From: a virus
Direction: 5' to 3' (one strand)
Virus record (IMG/VR): IMGVR_UViG_3300017748_000001
Span: 1-64,000 of that record
Length of the DNA stretch: 64,000 nucleotides
Both the position numbers and the translations under genes were made by a program. The notes beneath the pieces are model-generated. The model saw only the letters and a program-made list of their open reading frames with translations. It was not told the DNA's origin and made no database searches. Below are positions 8,738-17,405 of this stretch, piece by piece; within the stretch, counting starts at the first letter, position 1, and every line of letters begins with the position of its first letter.

Positions 8738-9266
8738 TCTGTTCCTTTTTCTTCGCTTTTGCTCTGGTCTTCTTAGTCTTCTCAGATTTCTCAAAGTCTT
8801 CAATAAATCCAGACATATTATTTTGCATGAACTCTAGATAACTTTTCTTAGTCACTCCACCTGCCTCAAGTATGTCATCTTCTAAGACATGGCGTTCAAG
8901 AGATTTGTACTTAACATAAGTCTGTTTTTTCTCTTTCTGCATCCTTCTTATAAAGGCATAGTAAATTATCTGAGTAAAATATGCAAAGGGGTTTTTAGAT
9001 TTCTCTGGATTAAAGTTATCTATGTATAGAAGACAGTTCTCTATTCCATCAGAAATCATTTCATCTTTATATGTGTAGTTAATAAAGTTGGGGCGATACG
9101 AAAGATGATTAGAAATCTTCATAATACATTCTCCAATGTAATTGGGAATTCTAGGCCTCGGATTGCCTTTCTCTTTCGCATCAATGACAGAATTGCGAAA
9201 TTCTATCATTGCAGAAAGGAGTTGCTTATTATCTACATAGTGTGCGTTTTTCTTTTTTTCTGCCAT
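8715..9266 (-). CDS. 55: Late-transcription sigma factor (T4 gp55)
   Basis: HYVDNKQL, PNFINYTYKDEMISDGIENCL, NPFAYFTQIIYYAF; start ATG 9266 (MAEKKK). Confidence 0.95.
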   Translation of the reverse strand: MAEKKKNAHYVDNKQLLSAMIEFRNSVIDAKEKGNPRPRIPNYIGECIMKISNHLSYRPNFINYTYKDEMISDGIENCLLYIDNFNPEKSKNPFAYFTQIIYYAFIRRMQKEKKQTYVKYKSLERHVLEDDILEAGGVTKKSYLEFMQNNMSGFIEDFEKSEKTKKTRAKAKKKEQNENSPLD

Positions 9267-9291
9267 TGGGTTCTCGTTAAAAGTTGCATAC

Positions 9292-9320
9292 ATTGTAACA
9301 AATGATGGTGCGTTTGTCAA
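9292..9320 (-). promoter_or_regulatory. sigma70-type promoter for gp55
   Basis: TTGACA (9320-9315), 17 nt, TACAAT (9297-9292). Confidence 0.8.
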
Positions 9321-9346
9321 ACATTAAATATTTTTTAATTTAACAC

Positions 9347-9375
9347 TTGACATACGCCGGTTGTATGTGTATAAT
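9347..9375 (+). promoter_or_regulatory. Perfect-consensus sigma70 promoter, antisense to the gene block
   Basis: TTGACA (9347-9352), 17 nt, TATAAT (9370-9375). Confidence 0.75.
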
Positions 9376-9401
9376 AAATCTGTTGTGATTTAAGGAATAT
9401 T

Positions 9402-9788
9402 CTAATGCTTAATCTTATCTTCGAATTCTTTCAACGCGTTGATGTAATCATCATTAGATTTATCTAATTCTTTCTCTGTCATTGCATCGTCAAAAGACTT
9501 AAAAGATATTCTTGAATTCTTTGATTCTAATAATTTTTTATAGAACTCTATGATTTCATCTTTACATGAAACTATAATTAAAACTTCACTTTTTTGTATT
9601 TCGTAGTCTAACTGCGGAGAATAAGGAATCCAATCTGAAAAGGCAAGGTATGCCTCGGAAGGTCTTAGGCCCGTGGGTATCCTACTTAATTGCCAAGGCC
9701 TGTGGATTATGTAGTGATCTCTACTTTCCCCCTTCATTCCGCCTAGGATATCCTCACCGTTCTTTAATCTAAGTATCTTATAATCCAT
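9402..9788 (-). CDS. Conserved T4-like protein downstream of uvsW (probable Sm-like fold)
   Basis: KILRLKNGEDILG...W.P...I.KSEV pattern; syntenic between uvsW and gp55. Confidence 0.6.
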   Translation of the reverse strand: MDYKILRLKNGEDILGGMKGESRDHYIIHRPWQLSRIPTGLRPSEAYLAFSDWIPYSPQLDYEIQKSEVLIIVSCKDEIIEFYKKLLESKNSRISFKSFDDAMTEKELDKSNDDYINALKEFEDKIKH

Positions 9789-11274
9789 CTTTATACATTC
9801 TTATTTCATTGATCTTAAAGTCAAATTTCTCTTCATTATAGATATTTATACGTTCAAAAAAGTGCCTAAGAGCAAAGTTAGTATGGGATTTATGTTTAAG
9901 ATCATCGACAATATCATAAAGAACCGCACTCTCTTTCCTATCTCCCTTTCTCAATCCTCTACCAATTGATTGAAGATTTCTTATCTTACTCTTAGAAGGA
10001 GAAGCAAACACAACATTGTGAAGATTCTTTATGTTGATACCAGTTGAGAATGTACCATAAGAGGCAACAATGATTGCGTTATCGGATTCTTCTGTGGTGA
10101 GCCTAACCTCTTCTCTATTGCCTACTTTAGTTTCACCACTTACATAGAACAAAGGTCTATCCGAATCTACCTTTTCTTGTAATTGTAAGAATAAAGGCTT
10201 ACCGTGTTTTTCTACAAAGTTAAAGAGAACTAGTGTATTGCCTTTGAGACTATTTGTCAAATTAACTATGAAGTTGTTTCTTTTTTCATTTCTCACTATC
10301 CAATCAATTTCATCCGGATATGGCATTTTCTTTGTTTCTTTACATTGTTCGTCTGAGTATTTGAGAACTAGACATTCAATCTTAAAACTAGAAAGAGTTT
10401 CATTATCAATTAATTTTCTAGTGGTTGTGACTTTCTTAACATCCCCAAATAGACCAGTGAGAACTAACTTGTGAGTTTTAGTTCCGTCTAATGTTCCTGT
10501 GGTGCCGAACCTATATTTACACTCGGTCATCTTCTCCATAATCTTCATAAGAGAGTTGGCTTTGAATAAATGACACTCATCTCCAATAACTGCACCGAAC
10601 TGATCAAAGTATGGCTTTCTCTCTTTGTATATAGATTGCCATGTAGAGATCACCACTCTCTTGTCCGTAGTCTTGGATTGTCCCTGATAAATGACATGGC
10701 ACTTATTCTTGACATCAAATCCATAGTCTTGGAAGTCTGCATACATCTGAGAAACCAAAGAGGTAGTCGGAACAATTATTAGTATTTTCTTACCAGACAA
10801 ATCCGGATGCATTAGATAAAATCTTATCAAGGTATAGATGATAAGAGACTTCCCAGAAGCTGTTGGTGATAACAGCAAACATCTGTCTTTATTGATAGCG
10901 GTCTGTATTGCGTCTAGTTGATAATCTCTGTATGTTAAAGGTTGTCCCTTAGATTGAGGTTTAACATATTCTGCTAGTTCTTTGAGATTATCCTCATTGA
11001 ATATAACTCTATCTGGCTTTTCGCAAAAGAATTCATACTCATTCATTTCGCAGAAGTTCTGGACTTGATTAATCAGTCCAGCATATATCTTTCTATTGGT
11101 AGGGTTAAACAGACGAATCTTTCCATCCCACACCTTATTTCTATATGCAGGCATAAACTTTGCGCCAGGCACTTCGTAGGTAAAGTAATCCACCAATTCC
11201 TTCAGAATGAATAGTTCATCCGAATCCAGAATATAATGCACTTCGCTGTGTTTATGTGCGGTTACCGATTGCAT
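9778..11274 (-). CDS. uvsW: SF2 RNA-DNA/DNA helicase UvsW
   Basis: YRDYQ, SPTASGKS, DECH, FSTGINIKNL, QSIGRGLR. Confidence 0.95.
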   Translation of the reverse strand: MQSVTAHKHSEVHYILDSDELFILKELVDYFTYEVPGAKFMPAYRNKVWDGKIRLFNPTNRKIYAGLINQVQNFCEMNEYEFFCEKPDRVIFNEDNLKELAEYVKPQSKGQPLTYRDYQLDAIQTAINKDRCLLLSPTASGKSLIIYTLIRFYLMHPDLSGKKILIIVPTTSLVSQMYADFQDYGFDVKNKCHVIYQGQSKTTDKRVVISTWQSIYKERKPYFDQFGAVIGDECHLFKANSLMKIMEKMTECKYRFGTTGTLDGTKTHKLVLTGLFGDVKKVTTTRKLIDNETLSSFKIECLVLKYSDEQCKETKKMPYPDEIDWIVRNEKRNNFIVNLTNSLKGNTLVLFNFVEKHGKPLFLQLQEKVDSDRPLFYVSGETKVGNREEVRLTTEESDNAIIVASYGTFSTGINIKNLHNVVFASPSKSKIRNLQSIGRGLRKGDRKESAVLYDIVDDLKHKSHTNFALRHFFERINIYNEEKFDFKINEIRMYKDGL

Positions 11275-11708
11275 TAACCGCCCTCTAGAAATTTCCGCAC
11301 ATTAATCAAATCTTTTATTAGCCATTTATTACTATCAAGAAGATTCATCTGTTTTTCTATAAAAGTTAATATTTCTTTTTGGTATGTAAGCTTCTGCGCC
11401 TCTGTGATGAGATCATCATCGTCATCTAACCACATCTGCACATCACCTTTGAGAACTTTATATCCATCAGACTCCCACCCAAGAAGATCTAATTCGTCTT
11501 CGTTGAGTTTACCTAGATAGTATTTCTTTTTCTTTGCTTCGAGTTTTTTGTATTTGAATTGATTTAAACTGACAATAGAAGCCTGATCAATACGATAGTT
11601 ATGCCACTTGGAACATAACATAGAAAGATTGAGAATAGAGGTTTCAAGGTCAGTTCTGTCAATTTGGAGGTCTTTAACGGCCTCTTCCTTGAGTTCACTT
11701 AGTTTCAT
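11274..11708 (-). CDS. uvsY: Recombination mediator UvsY
   Basis: Length, helical pattern (KDL.ID...L...SKW...YY.G...W.IK..I) and adjacency to uvsW. Confidence 0.8.
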   Translation of the reverse strand: MKLSELKEEAVKDLQIDRTDLETSILNLSMLCSKWHNYRIDQASIVSLNQFKYKKLEAKKKKYYLGKLNEDELDLLGWESDGYKVLKGDVQMWLDDDDDLITEAQKLTYQKEILTFIEKQMNLLDSNKWLIKDLINVRKFLEGG

Positions 11709-11711
11709 ATT

Positions 11712-12233
11712 TTAGTCTATTTTTTTAATTTCATATCCAGTGTATTGGAAATCTGCAGTAGTCGCTGTTGGTTCATCTCCAGTTTCTAGAGAAGAGAATG
11801 GGATATCCCCTAACGCAATAGGAAATAAATCTTTGAATACTGCCTCATATATTGGAGCGCCCTGATTGTTATATAATAACAAGGAACCATCAGAATAAAC
11901 ATCATCCCCAGTCAATTGTCTTCCTTGTGCAAAACTTCGATATTGGCCAAAACTCTCAGGAAATCCTAGACCCCTAATCCAGTCATATACTTCCATCCAA
12001 GCCTTCATTTCTTCGTCCACTAAGAAACTGACAGAAAGAACTGAGAATATTATTTTATCGCCAGGTTCCTTTCTATCCGCAAAAGGTGTTCCCAGAAGTG
12101 CTTCTCCGAAAGTCATGCCAGGCAAACTGACACCCTGCACAAATGGACTCAATGAAGGACACTTGAGGATGCTCAACTGAAATGACTGATTACTCAGATA
12201 ATTTGGATTTTCAAAATCGACATTTAACGCCAC
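11712..12233 (-). CDS. 3: Tail tube terminator / completion protein (T4 gp3)
   Basis: NPNYLS...F.LSI.K.P...F.Q.V.LPG...GD..F..L.V.FLVDE.M; GTG start with SD. Confidence 0.9.
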   Translation of the reverse strand: MALNVDFENPNYLSNQSFQLSILKCPSLSPFVQGVSLPGMTFGEALLGTPFADRKEPGDKIIFSVLSVSFLVDEEMKAWMEVYDWIRGLGFPESFGQYRSFAQGRQLTGDDVYSDGSLLLYNNQGAPIYEAVFKDLFPIALGDIPFSSLETGDEPTATTADFQYTGYEIKKID

Positions 12234-12255
12234 AATAGATACTCCGTAACACTAT

Positions 12256-12263
12256 TATTTATA
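12256..12263 (-). promoter_or_regulatory. T4-type late promoter for gp3
   Basis: TATAAATA in the intergenic gap. Confidence 0.85.
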
Positions 12264-12265
12264 TC

Positions 12266-12292
12266 AAAAAAAAGGGACTCCGAAGAGTCCCT
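12266..12292 (-). terminator. Intrinsic terminator
   Basis: AGGGACTC-TTCG-GAGTCCCT followed by T8. Confidence 0.9.
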
Positions 12293-12312
12293 CTAAGTCA
12301 TAAGGTATATTA

Positions 12313-14478
12313 TTATGCTTTATATGTAGCTACCGCACCCTGTACTCCAGCACTAACGTATATCTGATCATCGCCAAATGCGACATCTGCACCAAATCCC
12401 GTATAACCAGACCCTTGCGGATTCCACATATTTGGCCCGCTTGGAAAATTAGTTCCATCCACTTTTGCAAAGAAAAACTTCCCTGCGCCACCGTCGGCAT
12501 CGGGAGCACCGAACACCACATGGTCTCCTTCTGGAGATATATCAACAGATTGTCCCCACTTACTATTAGACTCGGAAACTTGAGTGTTAGCCCTCCAAGA
12601 ATTGACACAGACCCCAGTAGATACATCAAATACGGAAACAATACCTCCTGTCGAGTTCCCTGACTGTCTACCTCGCATATCTCCAATGACTAACTTAGAA
12701 CCATTTGGAGTAATTGCCATTGATCTATGTTCTGTCCCAGGCCGCGATTCATTATTTACATCGCCGTTCCCGGCCGGGTTACTTGTGTTGATAGTTCTTA
12801 TATAAGAACCATCGGAAAGGTTATAAATGAATACCGCTCCACCAACCATGTCACTCCCGCTCCACATATATTCTGGAGAAGAAACCGCCAGAAGTCCTGC
12901 CGATGCAGCTATCGCAACAGCAGAGCCAAACCTTATATTTGACATTTCGCTCTGACCTGCTGTACCATTGTAAGGATTAGTAGGTCTTTCTAGAACATAA
13001 CCATTTGCAAACGCAGAAGATTCATCTGGTTGACTTAAATCATATACAAAAACTTTTCCGCAGTTAGGTTGTCTGTAGCTAGTATTGACGAGATGTTGCA
13101 TCTTTGCATCGGGCGCGCCAATTGCGAGATAACCACCACCAATGTCAATCGTTTGTCCATACGAAGACCCTCCACTATAATATGTATCATCTTGTACTTG
13201 TTGTGGGAGATATGAATCTCTTGGAGTAAACATAAATTTAGCAACTGGCTGGCCAAGCGTTTGAGTTCCGTCTGTATTCACCTTCCAAACTTGTACATCA
13301 CCATTATTATAGTGAGATTGGAATGCAACCAGATTTCCATCTAATGCTAGTTTTGTTCCTCCGTTGTCTGGAGTATATGCTCCTGTATGCCAAGATAAAG
13401 CATGACCGTTATTTGCCGCTGGGCCCAAACCACCAAAAGATCCCCCTTGCCCAATCCAGTTTGGCAGAACATAATCGATTGTATTTCCAAGAGCGCCGGA
13501 TCCTACAGAACTATCATATATCTCAACAAACCCTCCATTACTATTATATTTCGTCTTGGAGGTTACGAAAAATTCACCAGAAGTGGCCATCCATTTACCG
13601 AATTCCTCGCCTTCATTACTGGTATTATATCTAGTATAAATGTCAATACTGTCCCAATTAAAACCAAAAGTAAGAGTAAACTCTGAAGGAGTTGTGGTTG
13701 TTAAGTTAGTTCCGTCTGATGCAGTGAATGACAATGAGAAAGAACCAGCATCCGCACTATTAGAACTTGCGGAAATTGTGAAAACATTATCTGCTTGTGA
13801 TACCGTAGTTCCACCTAAGGCCCCTGCAGTTACTTGATAACTATATGTTATTGCATCTCCTTGCGGATCTGTTGCAGCAAGAGTAATCACTGTATCAGCG
13901 CCAGGCGATAATGCATAAGAACCATCTGGAGTTGTTGTGAAGTTTGGTTTTTGATCAACCAATCCTACACCAACCCATGATGCACCTGTGAAGATATAGA
14001 GTTTCTTATTCTCTTCTACGATACCCTTTGCACCAGCAGCAACTCCGCTTGATGGCAAATCTCCAACTGTCGCATAAACTGTTAATGCATCTGGCAATGC
14101 AGTGTAAGACAGAACACCAGTTCCAGCATTATATGATAAGTCTCCAGCCGCACTGAATGAACTTCTGACTCTTGAGTCGGTCACATATAGGTTACTAGAA
14201 CCTTCCGCAACTTGAGTAGAAGTCGGAGTTGCAGCACCCGCCGGAGTTCTGAGTTTCTTAACACCGAATGCAAGTTTCTCAATATCTGCAGTAGACGCAC
14301 TAGTCGCCATCGCAGATACTTTTGTATCTAATGCAGTTTCTAAATCTGCATCATCGTCTAGATTTGCCTTCTCAATTGAACGAGACAACTTGACGATCTG
14401 ATCTGCAGTGGTTGCAGAACCTAGCGCAGCCAAGAGTTTTGTTTTGAGAGTATCTCTTGAAGTAAATGTATTAGCCAT
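12313..14478 (-). CDS. Virion appendage protein, class Z copy 1 (helical N-module, Ig-like domain, beta-propeller)
   Basis: First ~270 aa closely match 35680-37584; C-terminal FG-GAP-like blades (YLAIGAPD..GKVFVYD, FG.SVDI). Confidence 0.7.
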   Translation of the reverse strand: MANTFTSRDTLKTKLLAALGSATTADQIVKLSRSIEKANLDDDADLETALDTKVSAMATSASTADIEKLAFGVKKLRTPAGAATPTSTQVAEGSSNLYVTDSRVRSSFSAAGDLSYNAGTGVLSYTALPDALTVYATVGDLPSSGVAAGAKGIVEENKKLYIFTGASWVGVGLVDQKPNFTTTPDGSYALSPGADTVITLAATDPQGDAITYSYQVTAGALGGTTVSQADNVFTISASSNSADAGSFSLSFTASDGTNLTTTTPSEFTLTFGFNWDSIDIYTRYNTSNEGEEFGKWMATSGEFFVTSKTKYNSNGGFVEIYDSSVGSGALGNTIDYVLPNWIGQGGSFGGLGPAANNGHALSWHTGAYTPDNGGTKLALDGNLVAFQSHYNNGDVQVWKVNTDGTQTLGQPVAKFMFTPRDSYLPQQVQDDTYYSGGSSYGQTIDIGGGYLAIGAPDAKMQHLVNTSYRQPNCGKVFVYDLSQPDESSAFANGYVLERPTNPYNGTAGQSEMSNIRFGSAVAIAASAGLLAVSSPEYMWSGSDMVGGAVFIYNLSDGSYIRTINTSNPAGNGDVNNESRPGTEHRSMAITPNGSKLVIGDMRGRQSGNSTGGIVSVFDVSTGVCVNSWRANTQVSESNSKWGQSVDISPEGDHVVFGAPDADGGAGKFFFAKVDGTNFPSGPNMWNPQGSGYTGFGADVAFGDDQIYVSAGVQGAVATYKA

Positions 14479-14495
14479 TTTATTTTTCCTTTAAA

Positions 14496-17387
14496 TTAAG
14501 AAATTATTCCTTTTATGATTCTCAGATTGTTTGTATTCAAATCTCCACCAATCGCATAGTTCTCTACCATAGTTACTCTATCGATATTCAGAAGGGCAGT
14601 TTCATGTTTAATTTCGCCCGTAGATATCTGAATTATATATGAGTCCCAATTATGAGAAACTACTGCGTAGTCTCCGTATGCTTCGATTTCCTGACCGAAA
14701 TTATATCCAGCAGTGCTCTGTCGATCATAATAGGCTATACCTGACCCACCAGCAGTGTTTTCATCTATTGTGAATTCTAATGTTCCTGTAGGCATATCGA
14801 AAATGTGGACTTTACCGTGACCGTCATTCGGATCACCAATAATAGCCTTGTCTCCAGAAACTGCAATTCCATTTTCTCTACCAGAAATACCGCCAAATCT
14901 ACCATTAACTACTGGATTTGGATCGTCAAGTCTAGAGACTTCTTGTCCAGTTAAATAATCTATTATGTGTACTGCCCCCGCTTGATATGCTCCGGAATGA
15001 CTATACATATCTTGAACTGCAAGATAATTTTCTCCCATATCGTGGTTATAAGCTGCGATACCAGCATTTGGATTTGAATTAACTATATTCCAAGGATGAT
15101 TAGTATCGGTATATTGCCAAACTATCTCCCTTGTATCCCATTTGACCATTGCATACTGATTATACGCTGTTCTGGGTAAGAAGATATAATTTCCATGCAT
15201 ACTAATACTCTGGACTTGATTACTTCCCCAGCCTGGGATACTTAGAAGAGATGACCCACCATCAGCATAACTTCCGTCAAGCGCGGAACGAACTCTAACG
15301 CTCCCTCCTTCGATAGCGGCAAAATAATCTCCGGAAGAAGCCATTGCTCCATTATCATCTGGGACACTACCTGCTGATGATACATTCCATATCAGAGAGT
15401 TATCTGCCAAATCATATGCGTAGAACGAATTGTGATCAAACCCAGCGATTACTATATTTCTACCATCCGATAATTGAGTAGAAGTTAGAGTGTGTCCGAT
15501 GTCAGTCCCACCTATTGTGGCTATTGTTGAGTCTGCCGCAGACCAATCTATACTAGAGGCACCAGAACCTCCACCAGATTGAGTAACTGGAGCCTCAAAG
15601 ATATAGGCCCGATGATCCAGAGCGCCCGGGCCCTGAGCAACTAATATTTTTCCGGTTGTCTTGTCTGCTGATATAGAACGACCAAAGTATTTATTGTGGT
15701 TATGATTTGCAGAAGATGAAAGGTCATCTGGATTGTCTAGTGTTGCCAACAAAGATCCGTCTGTTATGCTATAGAAATAAACCCTACCTCTTCGATGAGG
15801 AAAACTTGAGAATTCTCCCCCAGTGTCTGCGGTAGGGGCAGAAATCATAATTGTATCACTAGAAAGAATTTTCGCCTGTGTTCCAAAGTATTCATTTTGG
15901 GAAGCATTTGGAGTTACTATTGTTCTAATTAGATCACCAGAACTATTATATATGTGTACAGCACCGGCGTTTGCCTCGCCCGAGACTATTGCCTCTCTTT
16001 CGCAAAATGCAGCAATGAAATCCCCACTATTTTCGAATACATCAACACTGTGTCCGAATGGGGCTGTATATCCGCTAGGTTGTACAAATTTGCTATCTCC
16101 TACGCCAGAAGGTATCATGTCCCCAGTAGTTGCGTCAAACACCGAACCTCGGTTTTCTAAACCCACGCCTTGATACATTCCCGGCGATGCAGTGACAAGA
16201 ATATTTCCTGATATAGCAACCGACTCGCCAAACTTGTAACTGGGGTTCTGAGTATAACTTTGTAATGAGAGAGTATATTCGTCTGCACTGGGAAGATTGT
16301 TCTTGTCTGAAATGTCATAGACGTATACTCTTCCTCGGTTACTGAGGTTTCGCGGAGCTCCAACAACAAGTTTAGAACAATCTTCATTCAATGCAACACT
16401 CTGACCAAATCTACAGTCGTTAGCTAGTTCTGATGGTCTTGTTATTGTTGCTACAACATTACCTGTACTTGCTTGAATAATTCTTACTCTATCCTGATTC
16501 ATATGATAACCAGAACTAATTGCAATATAATCTCCGGACATCGCTGTTGGGCCATGACCTTCGTAGTCAACTCCTTGTTGACCATTTGATACTGTTCCGG
16601 TAACACTGTGTTGTAGAGTTGCTGTCTCGGTATCGTAAATGTATAGTGTGCCCCTATAACTGCCAGCATTTTCCGAATCCGCAATACAGAAATAATCTCC
16701 GGATATTGCTGCAGAGTTGCCCCACCTAGAATCTCCTAGAGATTGTACTCTATGTACAAATGTCGTATTGACTGACTGCCAGTCTACCTGAGAGGTAGAA
16801 CCTCCACCTGCTGCAACTACCGCTGCAACTTTCCATTCTGATCCATCCCAGTATTTCAATTCTGATGTTTGTTGATCAAAAACAACCTGGCCTCCAAATG
16901 CTCCAGAAGCAGGAATATTTTCTGTTAACCCGATTTCTTGAATTCTGAAAACCTGTGAGTTATTCTCAAATAAACCATTGACATGATTGTAGACCAAAGT
17001 CTCATCATTCATGATAGAAGATATATTGACCTCACTGAGAGTAGAAACTGAAAGTCCACCCCAAGATTCTGCAGTTCCATTTGTTGCAAGGAAGTTACCG
17101 GAGTTTTGTGCTTGGTTTGGAAGTGTTCCACCAGCGACAAATGTTTCTGGTTCTAGGACATTACCGATTGCTTTACCAATACTCTTGAGTTCTGTTGCAG
17201 TCGCGGATGGAGCTAGATCTTCTGCTCTTGCGTTGATTGCAATTTCTAAATCTGTGTTCTCTGACTGTTCCAAACTAGGAGCAAGTCTTGAGATGTTCAT
17301 TAACTCTCTTGCAGTCGCAGTGACAGCAACTGTAGACGCCCTATTAGTGAGGGCGGTTATTGAAGGATCTAAATTTGTATCTGACAT
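14496..17387 (-). CDS. Virion appendage protein, class Y copy 1 (two beta-propeller heads)
   Basis: First ~195 aa match 37589-41635; FG-GAP-like blades with a Gly/Ser linker between the heads. Confidence 0.7.
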   Translation of the reverse strand: MSDTNLDPSITALTNRASTVAVTATARELMNISRLAPSLEQSENTDLEIAINARAEDLAPSATATELKSIGKAIGNVLEPETFVAGGTLPNQAQNSGNFLATNGTAESWGGLSVSTLSEVNISSIMNDETLVYNHVNGLFENNSQVFRIQEIGLTENIPASGAFGGQVVFDQQTSELKYWDGSEWKVAAVVAAGGGSTSQVDWQSVNTTFVHRVQSLGDSRWGNSAAISGDYFCIADSENAGSYRGTLYIYDTETATLQHSVTGTVSNGQQGVDYEGHGPTAMSGDYIAISSGYHMNQDRVRIIQASTGNVVATITRPSELANDCRFGQSVALNEDCSKLVVGAPRNLSNRGRVYVYDISDKNNLPSADEYTLSLQSYTQNPSYKFGESVAISGNILVTASPGMYQGVGLENRGSVFDATTGDMIPSGVGDSKFVQPSGYTAPFGHSVDVFENSGDFIAAFCEREAIVSGEANAGAVHIYNSSGDLIRTIVTPNASQNEYFGTQAKILSSDTIMISAPTADTGGEFSSFPHRRGRVYFYSITDGSLLATLDNPDDLSSSANHNHNKYFGRSISADKTTGKILVAQGPGALDHRAYIFEAPVTQSGGGSGASSIDWSAADSTIATIGGTDIGHTLTSTQLSDGRNIVIAGFDHNSFYAYDLADNSLIWNVSSAGSVPDDNGAMASSGDYFAAIEGGSVRVRSALDGSYADGGSSLLSIPGWGSNQVQSISMHGNYIFLPRTAYNQYAMVKWDTREIVWQYTDTNHPWNIVNSNPNAGIAAYNHDMGENYLAVQDMYSHSGAYQAGAVHIIDYLTGQEVSRLDDPNPVVNGRFGGISGRENGIAVSGDKAIIGDPNDGHGKVHIFDMPTGTLEFTIDENTAGGSGIAYYDRQSTAGYNFGQEIEAYGDYAVVSHNWDSYIIQISTGEIKHETALLNIDRVTMVENYAIGGDLNTNNLRIIKGIIS

Positions 17388-17405
17388 TTGTTTTTCCTAT
17401 TTAAA

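Noticed and set aside
8738-8803. ORF-track N-terminal extensions of gp47 (also gp55 to 9320, MTase to 5798, X1 to 19574, DUF262 to 3930)
   Set aside because: The extensions overlap upstream genes or promoter boxes; downstream ATGs fit homology, paralog starts and coupling better
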